This document shows positions 8,528 to 19,210 of a stretch of DNA of 48,239 nucleotides, piece by piece. Under the pieces are notes generated by a model. The model was not told the origin of the DNA. It worked only from the letters and a program-made list of their open reading frames with translations, and ran no database searches. Numbering within the stretch: the first letter of the stretch is position 1; each line of letters opens with the position of its first letter. This stretch comes from an uncultured Eudoraea sp. (GTDB taxonomy: Bacteria; Bacteroidota; Bacteroidia; Flavobacteriales; Flavobacteriaceae): the NCBI GenBank assembly GCA_965368835.1, contig CBDUON010000001.1, forward strand, positions 1 through 48,239, written 5' to 3'. Made by a program: the position numbers and the translations under genes.

Positions 8528-10162
8528 ATGGCCAATAAAAAGCAGGAGTCATCTCTGGAACCCCCTTATGTCTTTGACGTAGCCTGGGAAAATCTTATGG
8601 ATGATAAAAAGTTTATTGATGCTTTTCTTTCCGAGATCCTGGAAGATTATGTGGTGAAACAACGTTGGTATGGAGGAAAGAGCAGCAAGCTAAAATATAT
8701 TGAATTACAGGAGTACTTTCGGATACAGCAAAAAGGAGAAGTATACTACGGACTATTGCTTGAAGTAAACTTTAAGGAGGCCTTTTATCAGCATTATTTT
8801 TTACCCATTGCCTTTGTTTCTGATGAATCCTTCGCAAAAGAAGATAGGATTCTTCCCTTGAGTATAAAGGGGCAGGAAGGCTATATTATTGATGCGCTTA
8901 ATCTGGAGGCATTCCGGAAACTGGTCTACGAACGTATCATTACCGCTGAGCCTAACGATACTACCAGGGTGCAATACCACCACAGTGTTAATTTTCATGG
9001 TACACCCTATGAGTCCTCAAAATTTATGGGCTTGGAACAAAGCAATACCTCCATTATCATAAACGGAAAATCTGTGATCAAATTTTTCCGAAGGATTTAT
9101 GCAGATAAGAACCCGGATTATGAAATGAGCAGGTTTCTCTCAGAACGAAAAGGGTATAAGAATACGCCTCCCTATGAGGGTAGTTTAAGTATTATTGATG
9201 CCGATAATGTGAGCATTACCATAGCCTTAATGCAGGAGTTGGTTCCTAACCAGGGCGATGCATGGGATTTTACCTTGAAAGAACTTCACAAGGTGTTTAA
9301 TAATCTGGATAATAAGCACATCAACATAGATCATCTGCCTGCCATACCTTTGTTCACCCGATTAAAGATAAGTGACGTACCGCCTCAGATCATTGACTGG
9401 GCCGGACTCAACATCTTTTTAAAGTTACAGGTATTGGCAAAAAGAACAGCAGAAATGCATATTGCCCTGGGATCAGAATTTGAAGATACCGCCTTTACCC
9501 CCACCCAATTTACAGGCGATTATGAGGTGTGGTTAAAAAACAGATTGCTGTATCAATTTCAAAATAGATTAAATACAGTAGAGAATAATTTACACCGTTT
9601 AAAGGACCTTTCATTTGAATTGGCTACAGAATTTCTGGAACGGAAAAATGAGATCCGAAAGCGTTTTGTAGATTTCGACTGGACGAAATTAAAAGGAGAA
9701 CGCCTTAGGGTTCATGGAGATTATCACCTTGGACAGGTATTGGTAAAGGACGATGATTTTTATTTACTAGATTTTGAGGGTGAGCCAGAGAGCACCATCA
9801 GGGACCGTAAGGTGAAGCAACCGCCACTCAAAGATATTGCTGGTATTTTTAGGTCGTTTCACTATGCCATTTATGCCACTATCTTTAACAATGAGAAGAG
9901 CTATCCTTTTTCTAGGGAAGAATTATTTAAAGCAGGTGAGATCCTTTATAATTATTTTGTGGGTGTCTTCTTTGAAACGTATGTAGACTTAATTCAACAG
10001 AATAACATCAATATAGGGTATAATCAGGAACGAATCTTTATCTTGAAGTACTGTATGTTGGAAAAAGCAGTATATGAATTGGGGTATGAAATGAACTCAA
10101 GACCTTTATGGGCGGTAATTCCCCTTCAAGGTATCATGAGTATTATTAACGAATCTAACTAA
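8528..10162 (+). CDS. Maltokinase (Mak/Pep2, TreS C-terminal type)
   Basis: QRWYGGK, EQSNTS, RVHGDYHLGQVL, DFEGEP motifs; lies between glgE and glgB. Confidence 0.88.
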   Translation: MANKKQESSLEPPYVFDVAWENLMDDKKFIDAFLSEILEDYVVKQRWYGGKSSKLKYIELQEYFRIQQKGEVYYGLLLEVNFKEAFYQHYFLPIAFVSDESFAKEDRILPLSIKGQEGYIIDALNLEAFRKLVYERIITAEPNDTTRVQYHHSVNFHGTPYESSKFMGLEQSNTSIIINGKSVIKFFRRIYADKNPDYEMSRFLSERKGYKNTPPYEGSLSIIDADNVSITIALMQELVPNQGDAWDFTLKELHKVFNNLDNKHINIDHLPAIPLFTRLKISDVPPQIIDWAGLNIFLKLQVLAKRTAEMHIALGSEFEDTAFTPTQFTGDYEVWLKNRLLYQFQNRLNTVENNLHRLKDLSFELATEFLERKNEIRKRFVDFDWTKLKGERLRVHGDYHLGQVLVKDDDFYLLDFEGEPESTIRDRKVKQPPLKDIAGIFRSFHYAIYATIFNNEKSYPFSREELFKAGEILYNYFVGVFFETYVDLIQQNNINIGYNQERIFILKYCMLEKAVYELGYEMNSRPLWAVIPLQGIMSIINESN

Positions 10163-10172
10163 CTAAAACAAT

Positions 10173-12068
10173 ATGGGAAACGTTGTAGCCCACAGTTTAT
10201 TTACAGAATTTGACATCAATTTGTTTAAGGCCGGGAAGCATTTTAAACTCTATGAGAAATTGGGATCGCATCCCATGGTTGTAGACGGTGTAAAAGGAAC
10301 CTATTTTGCCGTTTGGGCTCCTACAGCCAAGGCCGTATCTGTAGTTGGTGATTTTAATTACTGGCTGGAAGGGGATCACAAGCTTTTTGTGCGATGGGAT
10401 GCCAGTGGAATTTGGGAAGGTTTTATCCCGGGAGTGATGCCGGGCACCAAATACAAATACAAGATCCATTCTAACAATCAGGATATTAAGACCGAAAAGG
10501 CAGATCCTTATGCACGCTATTGCGAACATCCGCCAAATACGGCCTCCATTGTTTGGGACAAGTCATATAAATGGAAGGATAAAAAATGGATGACCTCCAG
10601 GAAGTCACATAATAGTTTAGATAGCCCATACTCCGTTTATGAGGTTCATCTTGGATCCTGGAAAAAGAATGAAAAGAATGAGTTCCTCACCTATGAGGAA
10701 CTTGCCAAAGATTTGGTGGCCTATGTAAAGGAAATGAATTTCACACATGTGGAATTGATGCCGGTCATGGAGTATCCATATGATCCTTCCTGGGGGTATC
10801 AACTCACAGGATATTTTGCGCCAACTTCCCGATTTGGGGAACCCGAAGGACTCAAATTATTGATAGATGCTATGCATCAAAATGGGATTGGAGTGATCCT
10901 GGATTGGGTACCTTCACATTTCCCGGAAGATGCTCACGGCCTTGGATTTTTTGACGGATCTGCTCTTTATGAACACCCGGACAAAAGACGGGGTTATCAC
11001 CCCGATTGGAAATCCTTGATATTTAACTATGGCCGTAATGAAGTACGGGCATTTCTAATAAGTAATGCCATGTTCTGGTTAGAACAGTACCACGTAGACG
11101 CACTGCGGGTAGATGCCGTGGCCTCTATGCTATATCTGGATTATTCCAGAGATGAAGGAGAATGGGAACCCAATATGTACGGTAATAATGAAAATTTAGA
11201 GGCCATCTCCCTCATCAGGGAGCTCAATGAGGAGGTCTACAAAAATTTTGACGGAGTGCAGACTATCGCTGAAGAATCTACTTCTTTTTCCATGGTTTCC
11301 AGGCCGGTTAGCCTGGGGGGGCTAGGGTTTGGCATGAAATGGATGATGGGATGGATGCATGATACGCTCGAATATTTTCAAAAAGAACCCATCTATAGAA
11401 GGCATCATCAAAACGATCTTACCTTTAGTATGACCTATGCCTTTACCGAGAATTTTATGTTGCCTTTTTCTCATGATGAAGTGGTCTATGGCAAACAATC
11501 CCTACTGTACAAAATGCCCGGGGATGAATGGCAGCGTTTTGCCAACTTAAGACTCCTCTATGGCTATATGTTTGCCCATCCCGGAACCAACTTATTGTTT
11601 ATGGGAGCGGAATTTGGACAGTCGTCCGAATGGAATTTTGAACAGAGCCTGGACTGGCATCTGCTGCAATTCGACTTCCATTTTGGGATTCAATCCCTGG
11701 TGAAAGACCTAAATTTATTTTACAAAAATCAACCGGCACTTTTTGAAAAACAATTTAGTGGCGAAGGCTTCCAATGGATAGATTACGGCGACTTTGAAAA
11801 TTCGGTACTAACCTTTATGCGCAAAGGGAATAATAAAGAGAACGATTTGGTGATAGCGTGTAATTTTACACCAATACCCAGGGAAAAGTATCGGATGGGG
11901 GTACCTAAATCCGGGCAGTACAAGGAGATCTTTAATACAGATGCCAAAAAGTACGGAGGAAGTGGTTCTAAGAACACCATACGAAAAACTGCCAAAAAAC
12001 CATGGCATGGACAAAAACAGTCAATTGAAATTACGATCCCACCGCTAGGAATGGTCATTTTTCAATGA
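10173..12068 (+). CDS. glgB: 1,4-alpha-glucan branching enzyme
   Basis: FAVWAP, YEVHLGSW, SWGYQ, DWVPSHFP, LRVDAVASM, AEEST, SHDEVV. Confidence 0.97.
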   Translation: MGNVVAHSLFTEFDINLFKAGKHFKLYEKLGSHPMVVDGVKGTYFAVWAPTAKAVSVVGDFNYWLEGDHKLFVRWDASGIWEGFIPGVMPGTKYKYKIHSNNQDIKTEKADPYARYCEHPPNTASIVWDKSYKWKDKKWMTSRKSHNSLDSPYSVYEVHLGSWKKNEKNEFLTYEELAKDLVAYVKEMNFTHVELMPVMEYPYDPSWGYQLTGYFAPTSRFGEPEGLKLLIDAMHQNGIGVILDWVPSHFPEDAHGLGFFDGSALYEHPDKRRGYHPDWKSLIFNYGRNEVRAFLISNAMFWLEQYHVDALRVDAVASMLYLDYSRDEGEWEPNMYGNNENLEAISLIRELNEEVYKNFDGVQTIAEESTSFSMVSRPVSLGGLGFGMKWMMGWMHDTLEYFQKEPIYRRHHQNDLTFSMTYAFTENFMLPFSHDEVVYGKQSLLYKMPGDEWQRFANLRLLYGYMFAHPGTNLLFMGAEFGQSSEWNFEQSLDWHLLQFDFHFGIQSLVKDLNLFYKNQPALFEKQFSGEGFQWIDYGDFENSVLTFMRKGNNKENDLVIACNFTPIPREKYRMGVPKSGQYKEIFNTDAKKYGGSGSKNTIRKTAKKPWHGQKQSIEITIPPLGMVIFQ

Positions 12069-12168
12069 ATAAGGACTACTATATCGATTTAGTTTATAAA
12101 TGATAACAAATTCGTTTCAATCTTAACGTCTAAAGTCTTTCTTTTGTGCTTTTGCAAAAAAAACCACT

Positions 12169-14568
12169 ATGATTACCAATACGGAATTAGAATATAAAGG
12201 GAATCTGTACCCAGACCATATAGTAGAATTCAAGCAAGATTCGGATAAGTTTTATTTCACCACCAATAACGGGGTTGTTTTAGAAATTACTGTGATTCGC
12301 AACAGTACCATCCGATTTCGCTACGCGACAGACTATGTGTTTCAACCCGATTTTTCATATGCCATAAGTCCCACCGCACCTAGGGGATATAGTCATTTGG
12401 AAGTCAAGGAAACCAAAACGGAGTATCTCATCTTTACTTCCAAGCTAAAGATCCTGGTGGATAAGAAATCGCTTCGCATCCAAATTTCTGATCTAGAAGG
12501 AAATATCATTAATGAAGACGAATTAGGATTTCATTACGAAGAAAATTACACTTTTGGCGGTAACTCCGTGAAAATGAGTAAAATAACCCAGGCCGGTGAG
12601 AGTTTTTACGGCATGGGTGACAAGGCCACTCACTCCAATTTAAAAGGGAAACGAGTTGAAAATTGGGTAACGGACCAATACGCCTATGGAAAGGATCAGG
12701 ATCCTTTGTATAAAGCAGTGCCTTATTATATTGGGCTGCATAAAGACAAAGCCTATGGGCTGTTTTTCGATAATACCTTTAAAACACATTTCGATTTTGC
12801 TCACGAGAGACGCAATGTGACAAGTTTTTGGGCCGAAGGTGGAGAAATGAACTATTACTTTTTCTACGGACCGGATATGTCCAGGGTAGTTAGATCCTAT
12901 ACGGACCTAACAGGAACTCCAGAACTTCCACCATTGTGGGCCCTGGGATACCACCAATCTAAATGGAGCTATTTTCCGGAAAGTAGAGTAAAGGAGATCG
13001 CTAAAAAATTCAGAAAATTAAAAATTCCATGTGATGCCATCTATCTCGACATAGATTATATGGACGGATTTCGTTGTTTTACCTGGGACAAGACCAAATT
13101 TCCCGATCCAAAAAAAATGATCAGTGATCTGAATAAGGATGGCTTTAAGACCGTGGTAATGATAGATCCGGGTATTAAAATAGACCGCGACTATTGGGTA
13201 TATCAGGAGGCAATTAAGAACGATTACTTTTGCAAAAGAGCCGATGGCCCTTTGATGACCGGAAAAGTGTGGCCAGGTCAATGTAATTTCCCGGATTTCA
13301 CCAATCCTAAGGTAAGAGAGTGGTGGGCCGGACTTTATAAAGAATTAATGTCTGAAACCGGAGCACATGCCGTGTGGAATGACATGAATGAACCTGCCAT
13401 GATGGAAGTGCCAACAAAAACGGCACCGTTGGATACTCGTCATGATTACGATGGTCATCCTTGCAGTCACAGAAAGGCACATAATATATATGGGATGCAA
13501 ATGGTACGGGCTACCTATGAGGGAGTGAAGAAATATGTGTATCCCAAAAGGCCTTTTGTAATTACACGGGCTTCCTATTCTGGTGCGCAACGATTTTCAT
13601 CTACCTGGACCGGTGATAATATAGCCACCTGGGAACACCTGTGGATCGCCAATGTGCAGGTACAACGTATGTGCTTAAGCGGAATGTCTTTTGTAGGTAC
13701 AGATATTGGTGGTTTCGCGGAACAACCCAATGGAGAGTTATTTGCCAGATGGATACAGTTAGGTATTTTCCACCCTTTTTGCAGGGTACACAGTAGTGGC
13801 GATCACGGAGATCAGGAACCCTGGTCCTTTGACGCTGAGGTCACCAAGATTGTGCGAAAGTTTATAGAGCTGAGATATCAGTTGTTACCTTACCTATATA
13901 CGGCTTTTTACAAGTATTATAAGGAGAGCGTTCCTATGATTCAACCTCTGGTCTACTTTGACCAGGAGGATCATCAGACCCATTTCAGAACGGATGAGTT
14001 TATATTTGGCGAACAGATCCTTGTATGTCCAATCCAGGAGCCTAATGCCAAAGGAAGAAGAATGTATGTTCCAAGAGGAATTTGGTATGACTATTGGACA
14101 AATGAAACCATTGAAGGGGGTAGTGAAAAATGGGTGGATGCTGATATTGATAAGATCCCGATCTTTATCAAAGAAGGAGCCATTATTCCTAAATATCCGG
14201 TACAGCAATATGTGGGAGAATTGACGATAGAAGAACTACAACTCGATGTGTATTTCAAGGTGGGTACTGAGAATTCTAATGTTTATGAAGATGCGCAGGA
14301 TGGGTATGATTACACAAAAGGGGAATACAGTCTTCGGAATTTTAAAATGACAGGTAAGGAGAATGAGCTAATTATTCAGCAATTTAAAGACGGTAATTTT
14401 ATCACCACCTATGAGACCTTTAAATTGAACCTTATGGGACTACCTTTTAAAATAAAATCGATCCAATTAGACAATGAGACCATTGCCTTAAAGGATGTTA
14501 AGATGAATGGCAATAACACCATACATGTCACCAAAAACTTTACCACCCTTCATATTTTAGGGAAGTAA
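12169..14568 (+). CDS. Glycoside hydrolase family 31 alpha-glucosidase
   Basis: YLDIDYM, WNDMNEP nucleophile motif, WTGDN, DIGGF. Confidence 0.93.
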   Translation: MITNTELEYKGNLYPDHIVEFKQDSDKFYFTTNNGVVLEITVIRNSTIRFRYATDYVFQPDFSYAISPTAPRGYSHLEVKETKTEYLIFTSKLKILVDKKSLRIQISDLEGNIINEDELGFHYEENYTFGGNSVKMSKITQAGESFYGMGDKATHSNLKGKRVENWVTDQYAYGKDQDPLYKAVPYYIGLHKDKAYGLFFDNTFKTHFDFAHERRNVTSFWAEGGEMNYYFFYGPDMSRVVRSYTDLTGTPELPPLWALGYHQSKWSYFPESRVKEIAKKFRKLKIPCDAIYLDIDYMDGFRCFTWDKTKFPDPKKMISDLNKDGFKTVVMIDPGIKIDRDYWVYQEAIKNDYFCKRADGPLMTGKVWPGQCNFPDFTNPKVREWWAGLYKELMSETGAHAVWNDMNEPAMMEVPTKTAPLDTRHDYDGHPCSHRKAHNIYGMQMVRATYEGVKKYVYPKRPFVITRASYSGAQRFSSTWTGDNIATWEHLWIANVQVQRMCLSGMSFVGTDIGGFAEQPNGELFARWIQLGIFHPFCRVHSSGDHGDQEPWSFDAEVTKIVRKFIELRYQLLPYLYTAFYKYYKESVPMIQPLVYFDQEDHQTHFRTDEFIFGEQILVCPIQEPNAKGRRMYVPRGIWYDYWTNETIEGGSEKWVDADIDKIPIFIKEGAIIPKYPVQQYVGELTIEELQLDVYFKVGTENSNVYEDAQDGYDYTKGEYSLRNFKMTGKENELIIQQFKDGNFITTYETFKLNLMGLPFKIKSIQLDNETIALKDVKMNGNNTIHVTKNFTTLHILGK

Positions 14569-14601
14569 TTTTTTTGTAATTTAAACTAAAAGTATACAGC
14601 T

Positions 14602-15414
14602 ATGAACAAGAACATATTTTTAACCCTCGTATTATTACTGGGCCTTATGGGGTGCAAAACAAACCCGTTTACAGGGAAAAGCACCCTTAATTTTTACCCA
14701 AATACTTCTATTTTTCCAACTGCTTTTGCGCAGTATGATGAATTTTTGAAGGAAAATAAAGTTGTGGAAGGTTCCAGTGAAGCAAAAATGATCACCTCAG
14801 TTGGGCAGCGTATTGCTACCGCAGCAGAACGATGGCTCACAGCAAACGGATATCCGGGCTATCTGAAAGACTATCAATGGGAATACAATTTGGTACAAAA
14901 CGAATTGGTTAATGCCTGGTGTATGCCAGGAGGAAAAATTGTGTTTTATACCGGGATTCTTCCTATTTGCCAGGATGAGACAGGGATCGCAGTAGTGATG
15001 GGTCATGAAGTAGCCCATGCCCTTGCAGATCACGGAGCGCAAAGAATGAGCGCGGGAATGGCTCAGCAATTGGGAGCTGTTGTAGGGAATGTTGCGATCA
15101 ACGACCCTGAAAAAAGAAATATTTTTAATCAGGCTTATGGTATTGGATCTACCATAGGAGTTATGCTTCCTTTTAGTAGGAGTCATGAAACTGAGGCAGA
15201 TAGAATAGGATTGCAGATCATGGCCATTGCTGGTTATAATCCGGATGAAGCCGCCGAATTATGGAAGCGTATGAAGGCCAATTCTGATAGACAGGCACCA
15301 CCGGAATTTTTGAGCACTCACCCGTCTAATGATACGCGTATTGCTAACCTTAGCAGTTGGGCTCCCCTGGCTAAGGAAGAGGCAAGAAAATATGGGGTAA
15401 CCTCTTTCCAATAA
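14602..15414 (+). CDS. M48-family zinc metallopeptidase lipoprotein
   Basis: Lipobox LMGC; NAWCMPGG, HEVAH, ETEAD, STHP. Confidence 0.92.
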   Translation: MNKNIFLTLVLLLGLMGCKTNPFTGKSTLNFYPNTSIFPTAFAQYDEFLKENKVVEGSSEAKMITSVGQRIATAAERWLTANGYPGYLKDYQWEYNLVQNELVNAWCMPGGKIVFYTGILPICQDETGIAVVMGHEVAHALADHGAQRMSAGMAQQLGAVVGNVAINDPEKRNIFNQAYGIGSTIGVMLPFSRSHETEADRIGLQIMAIAGYNPDEAAELWKRMKANSDRQAPPEFLSTHPSNDTRIANLSSWAPLAKEEARKYGVTSFQ

Positions 15415-15493
15415 GACACAGGCAGATTGCAGATGATGTTTTATTAATTGTATCTTGGGAGTAGTTCCTATGGGACCCTTCTAAACAAAATTT

Positions 15494-16813
15494 ATGGCCG
15501 GGACCATCCTTTTAAAAGGAAGTAAAAAACTACTGAATGCCTGGGCCTTCTATGATTGGGCCAATTCTGTATACAGTCTGGTTATAGCCTCCGCTATTTT
15601 CCCCATTTATTACGGCGCTTTATTCCGAATAGCTGATATTGAAAAGATATCCATTTTTGGGGGTGAGATCGCAAGAGCTCCTTTAATTAGCTATACAACT
15701 TCCATAGCCTTTGTTTTTATTGCCCTTATTACGCCCTTGATTTCAGGGATTGCAGATTATATGGGAAACAAGAAGATGTTTATGCAATTCTTCTGTTATC
15801 TCGGGGGTGTTTCTTGTATTGGCCTGTACTGGTTTTCATTGGAAAATATTGAGCTGGGATTACTCTGTTATTTCTTTGGTTTGGTAGGCTTTTGGGTAAG
15901 CTTTGCTATCAATAATTCCTACTTACCAGATATTGCCTTTCCGGAGCAACAAGACCGTATTAGTGCTAAAGGATTTTCAATGGGGTATATTGGGAGCGTA
16001 ATTCTGTTGTTGATCAACCTGGCAATGGTCATGAAGCCCACTTTGTTTGGAATTAGCGGGGCAGGAGCGGAGCTTATCGCCATGCGATATTCCTTTGCCT
16101 CAGTTGGTATCTGGTGGATCTTGTTTAGTCAATATACTTTTTACCACCTTCCCACAGGTAACAAGCGAGAAGGAGAGCGGCACCGTGTGGTACTGAATGG
16201 GTTTAGAGAGTTAAAAGCGGTATGGCGCCAGCTTGGTGATGAAGTGCGTTTAAAAAGATACCTGGGAGCCTTTTTTGTTTATAGTATGGCCGTACAAACT
16301 ATAATGCTTATTGCTGCCTATTTTGGAGAGGAAGAAATTAACTGGGGTTCGGACAGTGAGCGAACTATGGGTCTTATTGTTAGCATACTGGTCATTCAAT
16401 TGGTTGCCATTCTAGGTGCTACACTTACAGCCAGAGCCTCCGGTGCTTTTGGTAATATAAAAACGCTGGTAGTGGTCAATATGCTATGGGTGATCATCTG
16501 TGTGTATGCCTATTTTGTGACAACTCCAACCGAATTCTATATAGCTGCAGGTTCTGTGGGCGTCGTTATGGGAGGCATACAGGCCTTGTCTCGTTCTACC
16601 TATTCAAAATTTTTACCGGAGACCAAGGATACTGCTTCGTTCTTTAGTTTTTATGACGTAGCTGAGAAGATAGGAATAGTAATAGGTACTTTTTTATACG
16701 GCATGGTAGCCCAATTTACCGGGAGTATGCGTAATGCCACTATATTCCTGGGATTGTTCTTTATCCTTGGCGCCATTCTCTTACTTAGGGTAAACAAAAA
16801 GACCCCGGTATAG
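15494..16813 (+). CDS. MFS transporter (UMF1/Atg22-like)
   Basis: WAFYDWANS, about 12 TM segments, QALSRS motif. Confidence 0.88.
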   Translation: MAGTILLKGSKKLLNAWAFYDWANSVYSLVIASAIFPIYYGALFRIADIEKISIFGGEIARAPLISYTTSIAFVFIALITPLISGIADYMGNKKMFMQFFCYLGGVSCIGLYWFSLENIELGLLCYFFGLVGFWVSFAINNSYLPDIAFPEQQDRISAKGFSMGYIGSVILLLINLAMVMKPTLFGISGAGAELIAMRYSFASVGIWWILFSQYTFYHLPTGNKREGERHRVVLNGFRELKAVWRQLGDEVRLKRYLGAFFVYSMAVQTIMLIAAYFGEEEINWGSDSERTMGLIVSILVIQLVAILGATLTARASGAFGNIKTLVVVNMLWVIICVYAYFVTTPTEFYIAAGSVGVVMGGIQALSRSTYSKFLPETKDTASFFSFYDVAEKIGIVIGTFLYGMVAQFTGSMRNATIFLGLFFILGAILLLRVNKKTPV

Positions 16814-16826
16814 GGGCCTTTATTTT
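16796..16826. terminator. Probable bidirectional terminator between the convergent MFS and GIN-domain genes
   Basis: AAAAAGACCCC-GGTATA-GGGGCCTTTATTTT: imperfect stem flanked by A and T tracts. Confidence 0.55.
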
Positions 16827-16846
16827 TAGATGAGTTTTAAACTTCA

Positions 16847-17575
16847 TTAGCCCTTGGAAATATCGCCAGATCCTGAAGTTTTACTGTCTATTTTAGCTGG
16901 ATTTCCTCTATAAGAAATATCACCAGATCCTGAGACCCGTGCTTTTAAAGATGAATTAGCAGTAACTTCTATATTGGCAGAGCCAGATACAGTGGCACTT
17001 ACATTATTCGCGTTAAGCCCATAAGCATTTACATCTCCAGAGCCGGATATTTGTACCTCAAGATTGTTTGTGCTCCCTTTCAGGTCCATATCTCCAGATC
17101 CCGATACATTTACTTCAAGGTCCTGCACTTCCAGTTCCAGACTAAGATCTCCAGATCCCGACATCCTGGTCTTAAATGCCGATCCCTTTAATACCGTCCT
17201 TCCTAACAGATCTCCAGATCCGGACATGGATACCGCGTTTATTTCTTCTACCGGAATAGTGATAGATATTGTCCCTGATTTCCATGAAGAGGGTTGTAGG
17301 TTTACTCCCTTTTCCGGTTTTACTACCAGTTTTCCGTCTTTTACCTCTGTAATTATATACTCCAACAAGTTTTCTTCCCCTTTCATTGAAATTGTCCCTT
17401 CTGCACCTTTGACAAGTTCAACATCGAACCAGCCCGAAACGGCTATAGATTCGTAGTCGCTTGTTGTTCTTTCAATAGTGACTATTTTCCCGTTGCCTTT
17501 GATCTTTTTGCCCCATTGTGCATAGCTCATTGAAGCTATACATAAGACAAATGTAAGTGTGAATAATTTTTTCAT
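16847..17575 (-). CDS. Head GIN domain (DUF2807) secreted beta-helical protein
   Basis: Signal peptide, IKGNG, GEENLL, repeated SGSGD units, YRGNP. Confidence 0.88.
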   Translation of the reverse strand: MKKLFTLTFVLCIASMSYAQWGKKIKGNGKIVTIERTTSDYESIAVSGWFDVELVKGAEGTISMKGEENLLEYIITEVKDGKLVVKPEKGVNLQPSSWKSGTISITIPVEEINAVSMSGSGDLLGRTVLKGSAFKTRMSGSGDLSLELEVQDLEVNVSGSGDMDLKGSTNNLEVQISGSGDVNAYGLNANNVSATVSGSANIEVTANSSLKARVSGSGDISYRGNPAKIDSKTSGSGDISKG

Positions 17576-17592
17576 TGGATTGTGTTTAATGG

Positions 17593-18678
17593 TTATTTTT
17601 TAGTGAATGATATACTTCCGTAATCACTGGAGATAGAAATCTGGTTTCCGCTATTTTGTTTCCCGTAATATCCTTTGTAATAACGATCGCTAGATTTCTC
17701 CTTACTGATGGCAATTTCAAAGTCATCTTTACCACTAACTCCGGCATATTCTGTAGTGATCTCAAAATCAAAATAATAATTGGCGCTATAGCCTATCTTA
17801 ATACCTGTGTAATCTGTACGCAAGTTAATATTTCCGGCATCCTCGGCCATCTTATTGATCTTGATCCCTCCATAATCTGCACTGATGTCCACATTGCCGT
17901 GTACGGTACCTAGGGCAACATTGATATAGTCCCCGTTTCCATCAACATTGCCTACTTCACCTACTTCCAGATTTCCATAGTCACAGCTGTATTGAAGATT
18001 TTTCATTGATTCAATCGTCGCATTTGTATAGTCGGCATTTATGACAAGATCCCCCGCCTTTTCAATAGTAAATCCGGAATAATCTGCCTTAATATTACCA
18101 CTATTTATATAGCCGATGTAAGATTTAGAAGTGTAATCAAAGCTCAGATCATTATTCCGTCCATGTAATTCTCCAATCTCAAGTCGGCCATAATCACAGC
18201 TTATTTTGGCGTACCCATCTATCCTGTCGAGGGTAATGTTCCCATAGTCATTACTGAGGTGAACACTGTTCTTTACAGGGAGTTTAATGGTGTAGTCTAT
18301 TTGCATATTAACGTTGTTATTACCCCAGTTCCAGCCCCAGCCTTTGTCTTTATTGAATTGAGTTTTGGCCGAAACCATAGAACTACTGGCATCAAATAAA
18401 ACGGTTATTTCATCTAATTTTTTCTGTACTTTCTCTTCATTATTTCCATTGGTCTTAATGACAACCTCAATAACCACCCTGTTCTCATTCCAGGAAGTGA
18501 GATTTACATTTCCGTAACTGTTGGAAACTTTCAATAAAGCATCAGCATTTACATTGTACTCCTTTTTAATTGTTTTTTCCTTAGTGTATTTACCCTTTTG
18601 TGGGTCCACATTGGCGCTGAGTACCAGGGGTACTGCGCATAACAATAAGACCGTGTATTTAAGTAATGTTGTTCTCAT
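17593..18678 (-). CDS. Secreted beta-repeat protein (DUF4097/adhesin-like)
   Basis: Signal peptide, NSYGNV, repeated xDYG/xDYT units; in the ECF operon. Confidence 0.7.
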   Translation of the reverse strand: MRTTLLKYTVLLLCAVPLVLSANVDPQKGKYTKEKTIKKEYNVNADALLKVSNSYGNVNLTSWNENRVVIEVVIKTNGNNEEKVQKKLDEITVLFDASSSMVSAKTQFNKDKGWGWNWGNNNVNMQIDYTIKLPVKNSVHLSNDYGNITLDRIDGYAKISCDYGRLEIGELHGRNNDLSFDYTSKSYIGYINSGNIKADYSGFTIEKAGDLVINADYTNATIESMKNLQYSCDYGNLEVGEVGNVDGNGDYINVALGTVHGNVDISADYGGIKINKMAEDAGNINLRTDYTGIKIGYSANYYFDFEITTEYAGVSGKDDFEIAISKEKSSDRYYKGYYGKQNSGNQISISSDYGSISFTKK

Positions 18679-19210
18679 TTTGTTGATTTTTAAGGTTTTT
18701 TATAATTTCTATCTGGGCTAATACATCTTGCATTAGATCTATACGTGTTTGAAAATTTTGGATCATTGAACGTAAAATGATGTTGTTGTTTCCGCCCTTA
18801 AGCAGGTCTTGTTCTAATTTCTTATAATCTGATTCCAGGAGGGCTAACCGGCCTAAGGCATCCTCAATTATTTTATTGGTCTCAGGGGATTTTTCCCGTT
18901 CCAGCTCTTTTACCTGCTGTTCTATAATATTGGCAAAATAGAATTCTGAATTTGAGATCTCGGGTGAAATTTCAGCGATACGATCTTTTTCGTCTTCATT
19001 CCATAAGCTTTGCCCTAGAAAAAGTCCTGCCACAAGCAGAATTGAAGCAGCAATTGAAAGGGGTTTCCACCAGGAGACGCCTCTCTTAGGTTCTTCATTG
19101 GCAGCATTCAATTTTGTAAGAAAACGGGCTTTATGATCTGCCCGGGGTTCTTCCAGGTCAAAATAAGGTCTGGCCTTATTAAATAATTCGTCTATGTTAT
19201 CCTCTTTCAT
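18659..19210 (-). CDS. Putative anti-sigma factor, single TM
   Basis: Start MKEDNID overlaps the sigma stop (ATGA 19210-19207); EPRADHKARF, WWKPLSIAASILL TM. Confidence 0.7.
   Translation of the reverse strand: MKEDNIDELFNKARPYFDLEEPRADHKARFLTKLNAANEEPKRGVSWWKPLSIAASILLVAGLFLGQSLWNEDEKDRIAEISPEISNSEFYFANIIEQQVKELEREKSPETNKIIEDALGRLALLESDYKKLEQDLLKGGNNNIILRSMIQNFQTRIDLMQDVLAQIEIIKNLKNQQNENNIT

Noticed and set aside
16865-17230. Recurrent CCAGATCC nucleotide repeats
   Set aside because: They encode the SGSGD repeats of the GIN domain and are not CRISPR or mobile repeats.
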